Below are positions 18,682 through 30,334 of a stretch of DNA of 64,000 nucleotides, piece by piece. The stretch lies in assembly GCA_963791185.1 (NCBI GenBank), contig CAWBRG010000010.1:833244-897243 (forward strand), written 5' to 3'. The DNA is from an uncultured Actinomycetota bacterium (lineage in GTDB: Bacteria; Actinomycetota; Actinomycetes; Mycobacteriales; Pseudonocardiaceae). A program made the translations under genes and the position numbers. Numbering within the stretch: the first letter of the stretch is position 1; each line of letters opens with the position of its first letter. The notes under the pieces were generated by a model. It saw only the letters and a program-made list of their open reading frames with translations. It did no database searches and had not been told where the DNA came from.

Positions 18682-21194
18682 GGCGCGTGCCGGGCCGCGG
18701 CCTCGCGCCGAGAGCTGACGCCGAGCTTGGTGAGGATCGCCGACACGTGGTGGTCCACCGTGCGCACCGAGAGGACCAGCCGTGCGGCGATCTCCGGGTT
18801 GGAGAGCCCCTCGGCGAGCAGGCCCAGCACGTCGAGCTGGCGCTCGGTGAGCCCGGCCGGGTTCTCCCGCGTCGCGAGCGTCGGCCCGCGCGGGATCCGC
18901 TGCACGCCGAGCTCCCGCAGCCGTCGCCGCACGAGGGTGGCCGCGGGCCCGGCGCCGAGCCCGTCGAGGCAGGCGAGCGCGGCGAGGACGGTGTCGGCAT
19001 CGGGCGACTCCGCGAGCTCGAGCGCCTGCGCGTAGGGGTCTACGGCTACGGCCGCGGCCGCGGCCCGCCAGTCGCCGCGCAGGCCCGCGGCGAACTCCTC
19101 GGGGCAGCCGTCGAACGGCTCGGCGGGCCGCCCCAGCCGTCGCAGGTAGCGCAGCAGCTCACCGCGGTAGCGCTCCGCGCCCGGCCGGTGCAGCCGCTCG
19201 CCGAGCAGCCGGACGGGCTCGTCGGCCAGCTCGGATCGCCCCGTGAGCCACGCGTGTTCGACGGTGGCCAGCGCGGCGGGCGCGAGGACGGGGAGCACGT
19301 CGGCGCGCCGGGCCAGATCCCACGCCCGCTCCAGCCACTCGTCGGCGTCGTCGGCGCCGCGGCGCACCAGGAGCCGGGCCAGCACCGGCAGCGTGTGCCG
19401 GGCCAGCACGCCCGCGTCCGGGTGCGCCCCGACGAGCTCGCGCAGCCCCTGTTCGGCGGCCGCCCACTCCCCGCGGATCATCTGGAGCAGGCTGCGGTGC
19501 GCCTCGAGCGTGTAGGCGTGCGACAGGAACTCGACCTCGCGCGCGCGGCTGAGCCCCTCGTCGACGTAGTGGGCCAGCTCGTCGTAGCGACCGATCCGTT
19601 CGAGCGCCCGCACGATGCTGGTGTAGGAGCGGGCGAGGTAGTCGTGCTGGCCCGCCGTGGTCGCCTGCTCGATGCCGTCGCGGAGAAGGTCGAGGCCACC
19701 GAGGTCGCCGAGCTGCACCCGAGCCAGGCCCGCGTAGCTCGTGCCGAACGCGATGAGGTCGTCGCGGCCCGCTGCGAGCTCGGCCGCCTCCGCGAGCGCG
19801 GGCAGCGCCGCCTGCTCGTCGTCGGTGAGCACGAGCAGCACCGCCCGGTGGGTGGCGGCCAGCGCGTCGGTCGGCGCGGCGGCCACCGCCCGTTCGATCA
19901 CCGCGCGCGCCTCCCGCAGCTCGGCGTTCATGTAGAGCTGGCGGGCCAGCGTGACGAGGGTCTTCGCGTCCTCGCGCAGGGCGACGGCCGAGCGCGCGGC
20001 CGTCACGGCGTCGGCGAACCGGTTGGCGTAGTAGAACTCCCAGGCCAGCTCCTCGAAGAAGGCCGCGCGGTCGTCGTGGGGCAGGCGGTCGGCGACCGGC
20101 CGCACCTGCTCCCGGAAGGCGAGCGCCTGCTGGTGCGCGCCCGCCGCCGCGGCCGCCCGGGCGGCGGCAGGCCCGTGGGCGATCACCGCGTCGACGTCGC
20201 GGCAACGGTCGGCGTGGTGCAGGATCCGGGCCCGGTCCGGGGGCTCTTCGTCGAGGAGCGCGGCGAGGACGGCCCGGTTGAGCTGGATCCGACGGCCGCC
20301 GGGCAGGCTCTCCTCGACGGCTTGGCGGGCCAGCTCGTGCCGGAAGGTGAGCGCGCCGTCGCGCACGTCGAGCACGCCGAGCTCCTCCGCGGGCGCGGCG
20401 AGGTCGGCCCAGCCGGGCTGCAGCACGTCGAGCAACTCGGGCTCGGCGCGGGCCGGGATCACCGCGAGCTGCTCGACGAACGCGCGACTCGCCTCCGACA
20501 GCCGGGTGAGCCGCCCGAGCACGGACTCGCTGACGCTGGCGGGCAGCCGTCCGCCCGCGTGGAGCAGCTCGGTGACGAGGAACGGGTTGCCGCGCGTGCG
20601 GCCGTGCACGTGCAGCGCGACGGCCCGGTCCGGCGCGAGCGCGATCACCGCGTTGAGCGACAGCCGATTCAGCGCGACGCGCACCGCCGACGGCGCCGCG
20701 CCCAACAGCCTGCGCAACGGCGAAGCGCGGCCCACCTCGTCGTCGCGGTAGGTGAGGATGACCGCGGTACGCAGGTCGCCGATCCGGCGGGACACGAACG
20801 CGAGCAGGTCGAGCGTGGCCTCGTCGGCCCAGTGCAGGTCCTCCACGAGCAGCACGGTCGGCGGCCCCGCGGACAGCTCGGCGAGCACGGCCGCGGCGAC
20901 GTCGCCCGATCCGGCCAGCGCCGCGGCGAGCGGGCCGTGGGTGCGGCGGGCCACGTCGCGGATCGCGCCGAGCGGGGCGGGCGTGAGCAGGTCGTCGCAC
21001 GCACCGGACAGGACGCGGGTGCCGCGCGGGAGGTCCTCGACGAACGCCCGCACCAGGCTGGTCTTGCCGATCCCGGCCTCGCCCGAGACGAACACCATCC
21101 GGCCTGCACCGCGGGTGGCGTCGGCCAGCGCGCCCCGCAGGCTCGCCGTCGCCGACTGCCGCTCCAGCAGCTCCACATGGGGAACGCTACCCAT
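18678..21194 (-). CDS. Large ATP-binding LuxR-family regulator (AAA + LuxR HTH)
   Basis: GEAGIGKT Walker A, VEDLHWAD, GNPFLV, and C-terminal LTERQLDVL...SVRTVDHHVS HTH. Confidence 0.92.
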   Translation of the reverse strand: MGSVPHVELLERQSATASLRGALADATRGAGRMVFVSGEAGIGKTSLVRAFVEDLPRGTRVLSGACDDLLTPAPLGAIRDVARRTHGPLAAALAGSGDVAAAVLAELSAGPPTVLLVEDLHWADEATLDLLAFVSRRIGDLRTAVILTYRDDEVGRASPLRRLLGAAPSAVRVALNRLSLNAVIALAPDRAVALHVHGRTRGNPFLVTELLHAGGRLPASVSESVLGRLTRLSEASRAFVEQLAVIPARAEPELLDVLQPGWADLAAPAEELGVLDVRDGALTFRHELARQAVEESLPGGRRIQLNRAVLAALLDEEPPDRARILHHADRCRDVDAVIAHGPAAARAAAAAGAHQQALAFREQVRPVADRLPHDDRAAFFEELAWEFYYANRFADAVTAARSAVALREDAKTLVTLARQLYMNAELREARAVIERAVAAAPTDALAATHRAVLLVLTDDEQAALPALAEAAELAAGRDDLIAFGTSYAGLARVQLGDLGGLDLLRDGIEQATTAGQHDYLARSYTSIVRALERIGRYDELAHYVDEGLSRAREVEFLSHAYTLEAHRSLLQMIRGEWAAAEQGLRELVGAHPDAGVLARHTLPVLARLLVRRGADDADEWLERAWDLARRADVLPVLAPAALATVEHAWLTGRSELADEPVRLLGERLHRPGAERYRGELLRYLRRLGRPAEPFDGCPEEFAAGLRGDWRAAAAAVAVDPYAQALELAESPDADTVLAALACLDGLGAGPAATLVRRRLRELGVQRIPRGPTLATRENPAGLTERQLDVLGLLAEGLSNPEIAARLVLSVRTVDHHVSAILTKLGVSSRREAAARHAP

Positions 21195-21290
21195 TGCCCA
21201 TGCCGTGGTGCGCGCCACAGATGGGCATCGGATACCGATGGAACGCAGGCTCGGCACTCCTACCGTCATCTACGACTTGAGGAGGTCACC

Positions 21291-21503
21291 ATGTTCGCCA
21301 CCGTCGTCTGCCCGTTCTGCACCGCGCTGCTCACCGTCGTCGACGACCGGCCCTCGCGCTGCCGCGCGTGCTTCGCCCCGGTGATCGGGAGGAACTACGC
21401 AGGCAGACCCGCCTTGCGGCTGGTGCGCGCCCGGCCGACGGCGAGCGAGAGCGCACCCGCGACGAGGCACAGCGCACCGCCGACGTACCAGGCCGCGTCG
21501 TAG
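21291..21503 (+). CDS. Putative small CxxC-CxxC zinc-finger protein
   Basis: AGGAGG RBS then ATG: MFATVVCPFCTALLTVVDDRPSRCRACFAP. The 3' half overlaps the antisense MFS gene. Confidence 0.5.
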   Translation: MFATVVCPFCTALLTVVDDRPSRCRACFAPVIGRNYAGRPALRLVRARPTASESAPATRHSAPPTYQAAS

Positions 21504-22678
21504 GTGTGCAGCCGGTCGCGGATGATCCCCGCGACCAGCGCCATCACGGCCGCCCCCACCTGGTGCGACGCGAACACCCACCCGAACACGACGGGTGCGC
21601 GCGCGCCGTAGTGCTCGCGGACGAGCGCCATCGTCGGCGGGATGGTCGCCACCCAGTCGAGGCCGTAGAACACGACGAAGAGCAGCAACGTCGGGTGGAC
21701 GGACGGCCCGAGCACCAACGGCAGCGCCATCAGCGAGATCCCGCGCAGCACGTAGTAGACGAGCAGCAGCAGCCGGGGGTCGACGCGGTCGGTGAGCCAG
21801 CCCGAGCCGATCGTCCCGGCGATGTCGAAGATCCCGACGAGGGCGAGCAGACCCGCGCCGACGGTGATGGGCAGCCCGTGGTCGTGCGCGGCGGGCACGA
21901 AGTGCGGCTGGATGAGACCGAACGTCGTCGCCCCGCAGATCGCCATCCCGCCCGCGAGGTACCAGAACGGCTTGGTGCGGGCGGCGTCGGCCAGCGCCCG
22001 CAGCGCGACCCGGGCGGCGCCGATGCGCACGACGGGCGGCTCGTCCTCGGGCGTGCCGCCGTAGGGGGCGACGCCGACGTCGGACGGGCGGTCGCGCAGC
22101 AGCCACACCACGAGCGGCGCCACGGCGAGCGCGGCGGCCGCCACCCCGAGCGAGGCCACCCGCCAGCCCGCCGCGTCCGTCACCGCCGCGACCAGGGGCA
22201 GGAACACGAGCTGGCCCGCCGCGCCACCCGCCGTCAGCACGCCGGAGACGAGGCCGCGGTGGGTCACGAACCAGCGGCCCGTCACCGTCGCGACCAGCGC
22301 CAACGCCATCGAACCCGTGCCGAGGCCGACGAGCACGCCCCAGCACAGCACCAGCTGCCAGCTCGCCGTCATGAACACCGTGAGCCCGCTGCCGGACGCC
22401 ACGACCAGCAGGGCCGCCGTGACCACCGCGCGGATCCCGAACCGCTCCATGAGCGCCGCGGCGAACGGCGAGGTCAGGCCGTAGAGGGCCATGTTCACCG
22501 CGAACGCGGTGGAGATCGTGGTGACCGACCAGCCGAACTCCTCGCGCAGCGGGTCCATGAACACCCCGGGCACGGACCGGAAGCCCGCGGCGCCGACGAG
22601 CGCCAGGAAGGTCACGGCGGCCACCCACCACGCGGGGTGGATCCGTCGCACTTGCAGGTCTGTCACGCCGTGCAGCAT
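21395..22678 (-). CDS. MFS transporter
   Basis: RIHPAWWVAAV..., GRWFVTHRGLVSG and GWLTDRVDPR motifs; this is the 3' end of the 1666-aa track ORF. Confidence 0.9.
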   Translation of the reverse strand: MLHGVTDLQVRRIHPAWWVAAVTFLALVGAAGFRSVPGVFMDPLREEFGWSVTTISTAFAVNMALYGLTSPFAAALMERFGIRAVVTAALLVVASGSGLTVFMTASWQLVLCWGVLVGLGTGSMALALVATVTGRWFVTHRGLVSGVLTAGGAAGQLVFLPLVAAVTDAAGWRVASLGVAAAALAVAPLVVWLLRDRPSDVGVAPYGGTPEDEPPVVRIGAARVALRALADAARTKPFWYLAGGMAICGATTFGLIQPHFVPAAHDHGLPITVGAGLLALVGIFDIAGTIGSGWLTDRVDPRLLLLVYYVLRGISLMALPLVLGPSVHPTLLLFVVFYGLDWVATIPPTMALVREHYGARAPVVFGWVFASHQVGAAVMALVAGIIRDRLHTYDAAWYVGGALCLVAGALSLAVGRARTSRKAGLPA

Positions 22679-22738
22679 CGCTGATCTTCCCGGCCGTTGG
22701 GTAGTGGCCCGAAAGCCAATATGTGAAAGAATCCGGCC

Positions 22739-23710
22739 ATGCATGAGGTAGCTGTTCTGGCCTTGCCGTCGGTCGTCGCGTTCGAGCTGGGGCTGCCGCA
22801 CAAGCTGATCGGCGGGGCGGTCGACGACGCGGGCAGGCCGCTCTACCGGGTGCGGGTGGCGACGGTCGACGGCGGGCCGGTGCGCACGTCGGCGGGCTAC
22901 TCGGTGCTCCCCGAGTACGACGCGTCGATCCTGCGCACGGCCGACACGGTGGTGGTGCCCGGCATCCAGCGGGGGGCGGCGGTGGAGCGCGGCGGGCTGG
23001 AGGACACCGTGGGCGCGGCCCTCGACGGCCTCCGCGCGCGGCTGATGTCGATCTGCACCGGGGCCTTCGTGCTGGCCGCCGCCGGACGGCTGGACGGGCG
23101 GCCCGCCACAACGCACTGGATGCACACGGCGGCGTTCCGGCGGTTCTTCCCGGCCGTGCGGCTGGATCCGGACGTGCTCTACGTCGACGACGGCGACGTC
23201 CTCACCTCGGCGGGCAACGCCGCGGGCATCGACCTGTGCCTGCACCTCGTGCGCCGCGACCACGGCCTCGCGGTGGCCAACCGGGTGGCCCGGCGCAGCG
23301 TGGTGTCGCCGTGGCGGGAGGGCGGGCAGTCGCAGTTCGTCGAGCCGTTGTCCGATGTCGCCGGGGCGGACACGGCCGCGACCCGCGCGTGGGCGTTGGA
23401 CCGGCTCGACCAGCCCCTGGGCCTCGCCGACCTCGCGGCGCACGCCGCCATGAGCGTGCGCACGTTCACCCGCCGGTTCCGCGACGAGACGGGGGTGAGC
23501 CCGGTGCGCTGGCTCACCGACCGGCGCGTCGAGCTGGCCCGGCGGCTGCTGGAGACCACCGAGCTGCCCGTCGACCGGGTGGCGCAACGGGCGGGGTTCG
23601 GCACCCCGACCGCGTTGCGCCAGCAGCTGCACGCCGCGGTCGGGGTGGCCCCGTTGACCTACCGGCGCACCTACCGGCCCGCCGCCCACGTGGCCAGCTG
23701 GAGGTCGTAG
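22739..23710 (+). CDS. GlxA-family (DJ-1/PfpI + AraC) transcriptional regulator
   Basis: SICTGAFVLA, ATTHW, TSAGNAAGIDLCL, REGGQSQF and AraC HTH motifs. Confidence 0.93.
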   Translation: MHEVAVLALPSVVAFELGLPHKLIGGAVDDAGRPLYRVRVATVDGGPVRTSAGYSVLPEYDASILRTADTVVVPGIQRGAAVERGGLEDTVGAALDGLRARLMSICTGAFVLAAAGRLDGRPATTHWMHTAAFRRFFPAVRLDPDVLYVDDGDVLTSAGNAAGIDLCLHLVRRDHGLAVANRVARRSVVSPWREGGQSQFVEPLSDVAGADTAATRAWALDRLDQPLGLADLAAHAAMSVRTFTRRFRDETGVSPVRWLTDRRVELARRLLETTELPVDRVAQRAGFGTPTALRQQLHAAVGVAPLTYRRTYRPAAHVASWRS

Positions 23711-26133
23711 CGCTCGCGACGGATGCGCTGGTCGACGTACAGCAGGCCGGTGAGGCCCGCGAAGTACGGCGTGGCGAACGTCGTGACGACCACGGAGGCC
23801 AGCCCGATCGCGATGGAGAAGCCGGTGCCGGGCACGGCGCCGGTCGACAGCGTGTCGGCCGCGCCCGCCAGCCCCGCGATGGCGCCGAGGATGCCGCCGA
23901 GGACGCCGAAGACCAGCACGGCGACCAGCAGCACGCCGAAGACCTGCAGCCAGGCGCCGCGCACCAGGTCGCGAGATCGGGTGAGGGCCGCGATCACGCC
24001 GATGTCCTCCATGACGTAGGCGGCCGTCGCGAGCGACAACAGCACCCCCACGTACACCAGCAGGACGAGCGCGGCGATGCCGAGCAGGATGCCGATGACG
24101 GCGCCCACGCCGCCGCCGATGCCGACCCCGAGCCCGATCGCCAGCCCGAACCCGACAACCGCAACGACGGCGAAGAACAGGCCGAGCAGGATCGAGACCC
24201 CGATGAGGCCGGGGACCTTCGGCAACGCGGCCTTCCACGCCGAGCCGATGTCGGTGCGGCGGCCGAGCAGGGCGCCGTGCAGCACGGTGAACAGGATCCC
24301 GGTGAGGATCGCACCGAGGATCAGGCCGAGGATCAGCACGATCCCGGACGCGCTGAACGACCGGGCGAGATAGGCGCCGACGGCGGCCGACGACCGCGGC
24401 GGCTGGCCCGTGACGCCGAACACGGCCTGCGCGCCGAACTGGACCAGCTGCAGGACGACGGCCACGACGAGCGCGGGCACCAGCGTGGCGACGGGGTTGG
24501 CCCGGATGTAGTTGAAGGCGCCGCCGAAGAAGTCGCCGAAGCTCAGCGGGCGCAGCGGGATGATCCCCGGGCGGGGGGCGGTGTGGAAGCCGGGCGGCCC
24601 GTAGGCCGGGCCGTAGGACTGCGGGCTGTTGCCGGGTGGGCCCTGCTGGGCGTAGGCGGGCCCGTAGCCGGGCGGGGGTCCGTAGCCGGGCGGCGGCTGC
24701 TGGCCGAAGCCCTGGGGTCCGGGGCTTTGTGGTCCGGGGCCCTGCGGCCCGGCGCCCTGGGGCCCGTAGCCGGGTGGGCCGTACGGTGACGGCCCCGGCT
24801 GTCCGGGGGCCGGGCCGTAGCCGGGCGCCCCGGCGTACCCCGGCGCGCCCGCCGGGCCGTAGTCGGGCGGCCCGTACCCCGCGGGCCGGTACCCACCGCT
24901 GCCGCCGGGACCGTCGGCGGCGCGGTAGGCCCCGCTGCCACCCGGGCCATCGGCCGCGCGGTAAGCGCCACTGCCACCCGGGCCATCCGCCGACGCCGCA
25001 GCCCCGTAAGCGCCGCTGCCACCCGGGCCATCGGCCGCGCGGTAGGCGCCACTGCCACCCGGGCCATCCGCCGACGCCGCAGCCCCGTAAGCGCCGCTGC
25101 CACCAGGGCCGTCGGCCGCGCGGTAGGCCCCACTGCCACCCGGGCCATCCGCCGACGCCGCAGCCCCGTAAGCGCCGCTGCCACCGGGCCGTCGGCCGCG
25201 CGGTAGGCACCGCTGTCGCCCGGGCGGGATCCGCCGTCGGCGGAGCTCGCCGAGGGGCCCTGCCCGCCTGCGCCCCCGAGGTCGAAGACGGCCGTGCGAT
25301 CGGACGCGTCTCCCGAATCGAAGGCCGCGGTAGAGCGGAAGCCGGACGGCGGGGTGAGGTCCGATGCGGGGTCGCGGGGCTCAGCGCCCGTGGTGGGTCC
25401 AGCTTTGCCCTCCGGCCCTCCCGCCCCGCTCGATTCGGAGGGCGTCGCGCCCGACCCGCTTGCGCTCGACGCGGCGGATCCGTTCGGCGTTGCCGAGCCC
25501 GCCGAGACCAGGCCCGTCGAAGCTCGCCCCGCTGACACCAGGTGCGTCCGAACGCGGACCACCGACGCCCGGTGTGCCTGCATCCGACCCGCCGGCACCA
25601 GATGCGCCAGAGCCCGACCCGGCGGCACCCGTTGCGCCCGAGCCCGCGCCCGACTCGTCGGCACCCCATGCGCCAGAGCCCGAGCCAGCGGCACGCGGTG
25701 CGCCCGGCCCGTCGGCGCCCCATGCGCCCGAGTCCGCGGCGCTCGCCGCGGCGGGGCTTGACGCCCCGGCACCCGATCCGGCGTCTGCGCCCGGCGCGGG
25801 CGCCTCGGCACCCGACGCACCGGAGCCCGGCGCCCCTGCGGCCGGGCCGCCGTCGGCCGTCGATCCTCCGGCTGCCGACGACCCGTCTCCCGAGCCCGCG
25901 GCCCCGACCGTGCCGAAGCGCGGACCAGGCGGGGGGATCGAGACCGTGTCCGGGTCGCGGCGCGGATCGTCGTGGCGGGGGTCGTCCGCAGGCGGCTCCG
26001 GCGGCTCGGCCGACGACCCGGCGCCCGCCGCGGACCCGGGCGCCGACGCGGCGCCCGGGAACGGGCTGTGCTTCAAGGTCGGCTCGTCCTCGTGGCGCCC
26101 GTGCTCGCCGGGCCGGTCCGGCGTATCCGTCAT
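23671..26133 (-). CDS. Integral membrane protein (GPDP-membrane-domain-like, IIPLRPL motif) with a very long Gly/Ser/Pro-rich N-terminus; frameshifts near 25490 and 25185
   Basis: ATG 26133 MTDTPDRPGEHG after a GGGGAG RBS, then a low-complexity tract, then PGIIPLRPLSFGDFFGGAFNYIRANP and LLYVDQRIRRE. Confidence 0.65.
24895..25215. repeat. Coding tandem repeat with 81-bp period (GGSGAYGAAASADGP-GGSGAYRAADGP)
   Basis: CCACTGCCACCCGGGCCATCCGCCGACGCCGCAGCCCCGTAAGCG recurs near 24968, 25049 and 25130. Confidence 0.85.
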
Positions 26134-26228
26134 CGCACACTCCCCCGTGTTGACCGGTCGCGGACATCCTGGCAGGCCCGCCCGTGTCGCGCGGCCCTTC
26201 CGTCCAACTCGTCCGCCCTGCCCAGTGA

Positions 26229-27392
<1,164 letters not shown>

Positions 27393-27581
27393 GGCTCGTT
27401 GCGGAGGGTAGTCACACCAGTCTCAGCATTACCAGTGGCGCACAACCAGGTACGCTGCGTGACTTCCCCAATTGTGCCCGCCGGACCTGCACGTTCGGGT
27501 CCGGCGCGCCTCCGCGGCACGTTGCGGTTGTGCATCTACCGTCACCCTGACGGGGAGTGTGAAGAGGGCGGGAGGCCGCGG

Positions 27582-29144
27582 ATGCGGGCGCTGCGGGTTG
27601 TCGGGATCACCGAGGGCGGCGGGGAGCTCTCCGTCGTGCTCGAGGATTCCGCCCGCCAGGAGCGGTTCACCGTGCCCGCCGACGAGCAGTTGCGCGCCGC
27701 CGCCCGGGGGGACCTCACCCGGCTCGGGCAGATCGCGATCGAGTTGGAGAGCCAGTTGCGCCCACGTGAGATCCAGGCCCGCATCCGTGCCGGAGCGTCC
27801 GTGGACCAGGTCGCAGCGGCCGCGGGCGTGCCGAGCCAGAAGATCGAGCGGTTCGCGTACCCGGTGTTGCTGGAGCGGTCGCGCACGGCCGAGGTCGCCC
27901 AGCGCGCGCACCCGATGCGGGCGGACGGGCCGGACACCCGCATGCTGGCCGACGTCGTCGCGCACACCTTCGGCCTCCGCGGCCAGGAGTACGTCTCCGC
28001 CGAATGGGACTCGTGGAAGGGCGACGACGGGCGCTGGGTCGTCGCGCTCTCCTGGCGGGCGGGGCGCTCGGACAACCGCGCGCTCTGGGCGTTCCAACCG
28101 GGGGCGCACGGCGGCACCGTCACGGCGATCGACGAGCACGCGCACGACCTGGTCGAAGGCCTGCCCGCGCGGCCACTGCGCACCGTGGGGCCGGTGATCG
28201 ACATCTCCCGGCCGGACGAGCAGCCGCCACCCGCGCCTGAAGAGGGGCACGAGCTGCGGGCGGCCGCGTCGGACATCGCGGCGCGCCGGGACGTGTCCGA
28301 CTGGTCGCGCGTCGCTCCCGAGCCACGCCGCCCGGAATCGCGGCGTCCGGCCGCGCGGCCCGAGCCCGGCGAGCCCCACCGGTCCGGTCGGGCCGACGAG
28401 CCCGCCACCGACTGGCCCGCTCCCCCTCGGCAGTCCGAGTCGGGACGTCAAGGCGACACGGCCGCGTCCGCCGACGGCTCGGACGGCCGCCGCGACACCC
28501 CGCCCGCCGACCGCGCCCGCACCGACGACCGTCCCCGCGCGGGCGCCTCGGCCGAGGCGTCGCAACCCGCCACCGGCCCGACCGGTACGGCGCGACCCGA
28601 CAACTCACCGTCCGGCACGACCGGCGCCACTCCGTCCGGCAGCAACGGCGCCACACCGTCCGGCGCGAACGGCGCCACCCCATCCGGCAGCAACGGCGCC
28701 ACACCGTCCGGCGCGAACGGCGCCACCCCATCCGGCAGCAACGGCGCCACACCGTCCGGCACCGCCGGCGCCGGCTCGCCCGGCGCCACCCCGTCCGCGC
28801 CCACGGACGATCGCGTTCGGCCGGGCGCCGCGTCAGCGGCAGACCGCCCGGCTGGCGGCGGCGACACTGCCGCAACCCGCCCTGACACCCGGGTTGGCTC
28901 TTCGCAGCCCGAGGCCGCCGTGCCCAACGCGCGAGCACCACAGCCGGAAGCGGCAGGCGAGCCCGACGAGACGGCCGCGGCCGCCGAGACGACGGCGGAC
29001 CAGTCCCCGACCGAAACCCCTGCCCCCCGCCGCGCCGAGCCCGAAGCCACGCCGACACAGCAGACGACGAAGCGCGGCCGCAAGGGCAAGCCCGTCATGC
29101 CGTCCTGGGACGAGGTCCTGTTGGGCGTGCGCAGCCAGCGCTGA
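27582..29144 (+). CDS. sepH: Septation protein SepH (DUF3071)
   Basis: LRPREIQARIRAGAS...ERFAYPVLLER and C-terminal PVMPSWDEVLLG; adjacent to serC. Confidence 0.9.
   Translation: MRALRVVGITEGGGELSVVLEDSARQERFTVPADEQLRAAARGDLTRLGQIAIELESQLRPREIQARIRAGASVDQVAAAAGVPSQKIERFAYPVLLERSRTAEVAQRAHPMRADGPDTRMLADVVAHTFGLRGQEYVSAEWDSWKGDDGRWVVALSWRAGRSDNRALWAFQPGAHGGTVTAIDEHAHDLVEGLPARPLRTVGPVIDISRPDEQPPPAPEEGHELRAAASDIAARRDVSDWSRVAPEPRRPESRRPAARPEPGEPHRSGRADEPATDWPAPPRQSESGRQGDTAASADGSDGRRDTPPADRARTDDRPRAGASAEASQPATGPTGTARPDNSPSGTTGATPSGSNGATPSGANGATPSGSNGATPSGANGATPSGSNGATPSGTAGAGSPGATPSAPTDDRVRPGAASAADRPAGGGDTAATRPDTRVGSSQPEAAVPNARAPQPEAAGEPDETAAAAETTADQSPTETPAPRRAEPEATPTQQTTKRGRKGKPVMPSWDEVLLGVRSQR
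28623..28766 (+). repeat. 24-bp coding tandem repeat, six copies of GATPSG[SA]N
   Basis: Seen directly in both DNA and translation. Confidence 0.9.
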
Positions 29145-29208
29145 GCAGCTGCACGGCCAGGTTCTGCGGCCAAGGCGCAGTGCCTAGCTCACGGCGGACA
29201 CACCAACG

Positions 29209-29772
29209 TCACGCACGGGGCGGGCGAAGGCCGTCGCGCACGACGGCGAGCAGCCGCTCGGGGAGGTCGGGGTCGGCGCTGTCCTGCACCGCCTGCAGCA
29301 GGCCCTTGAGCAAGGCGAGCAATTCGGCCGCGCCGATCCCGGCACGCACGGCACCGGCGGCCCGAGCGCGGGCGAGCAGCCGGTCGAGCGCCCCGTGGAG
29401 CTCGGTGCGGGCCACCGCGACGGCCGCCTCCCCGACCCCGCCGAGCGCGTCGGGCAGGTCGCGCTTGGCGACGGCCTCCTCGGCGATGCGGCCGAGCAGC
29501 GCGTCGAGCGCGGCGCCGGGGTCGGCCGCCTCGACGCCAGCTTCGGCGAGCACGACGAGCTCCCGCACCCGCGCCACCGTGACCGCCTCGAACAGCGCCT
29601 CCTTCGTCGGGAAGTGGCGGTAGACCGTGCCGGGGCCGACGCCCGCCCGCGCCGCGATCGCGTCGAGCGGCACGCCGTACCCCGATTCGGCGAACGCCTC
29701 GCGGGCAGCGGTGAGCACCCGCTCGCGGTTGCGGCGGGCGTCGGCGCGCAGTGGTCGATCGGGCGTGGACAA
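29209..29772 (-). CDS. TetR family regulator
   Basis: LRADARRNRERVL...AGVGPGTVYRHFPTKEAL. Confidence 0.93.
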   Translation of the reverse strand: MSTPDRPLRADARRNRERVLTAAREAFAESGYGVPLDAIAARAGVGPGTVYRHFPTKEALFEAVTVARVRELVVLAEAGVEAADPGAALDALLGRIAEEAVAKRDLPDALGGVGEAAVAVARTELHGALDRLLARARAAGAVRAGIGAAELLALLKGLLQAVQDSADPDLPERLLAVVRDGLRPPRA

Positions 29773-29773
29773 A

Positions 29774-29816
29774 CGGAGCGCTCGTTCCGTATCGTCGAAG
29801 CGGAGTGACCGTTCCG
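29774..29816. promoter_or_regulatory. Two candidate TetR operators
   Basis: CGGAG-N6-TTCCG at 29774 and 29801, between the divergent genes. Confidence 0.6.
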
Positions 29817-29832
29817 ATTATAGGGAGGACGG

Positions 29833-30270
29833 ATGGACCGCAGCCCACGCGAGGTCGCCGAGCTGGTGCGTCAGATGGTCGCGGGCGAGGGGGTGGTGTT
29901 CGCCGACCTCTTCGCCGAGGACGGCGTGCTGCGCTTCCCGTTCGCACCGCCCGGCATGCCCCGCGAGATCCGCGGACGGGAGGCGATCCGCGCGGCCAGG
30001 ACCTCGGAGGCGGGCAGGCGTTCGCTGCTCGTCATGGACGCGGTCGAGCTCGTCGTGCGCGAGACCGACGATCCCGAGGTGGTCGTCACCGAGATCGAGC
30101 ACTACGGACACTCGCACGCCCTCGACGGGCCGTACCGCTTCCGGGCGCTGGCCGTCGTGCGCGTGCGCGACGGCGAGATCGTCAGCTACGACGACTACAT
30201 GGACCCCATCGCCATGGCCGCCCTGCTCGGCCGTACCGACGAGCTGGCCGCCGCCCTCCGCGCCTCGTAA
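29833..30270 (+). CDS. SnoaL-like / NTF2-fold protein
   Basis: ADLFAEDGVLRFPFAP...GREAI...VRDGEIVSYDDYMDP. GGAGG RBS. Confidence 0.88.
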   Translation: MDRSPREVAELVRQMVAGEGVVFADLFAEDGVLRFPFAPPGMPREIRGREAIRAARTSEAGRRSLLVMDAVELVVRETDDPEVVVTEIEHYGHSHALDGPYRFRALAVVRVRDGEIVSYDDYMDPIAMAALLGRTDELAAALRAS

Positions 30271-30334
30271 GAAGATCGCCGCGAGTGGCACCGGACGGCG
30301 GTCCGGAGCTGCGTGGTGTGCCGACTCGACGCGA

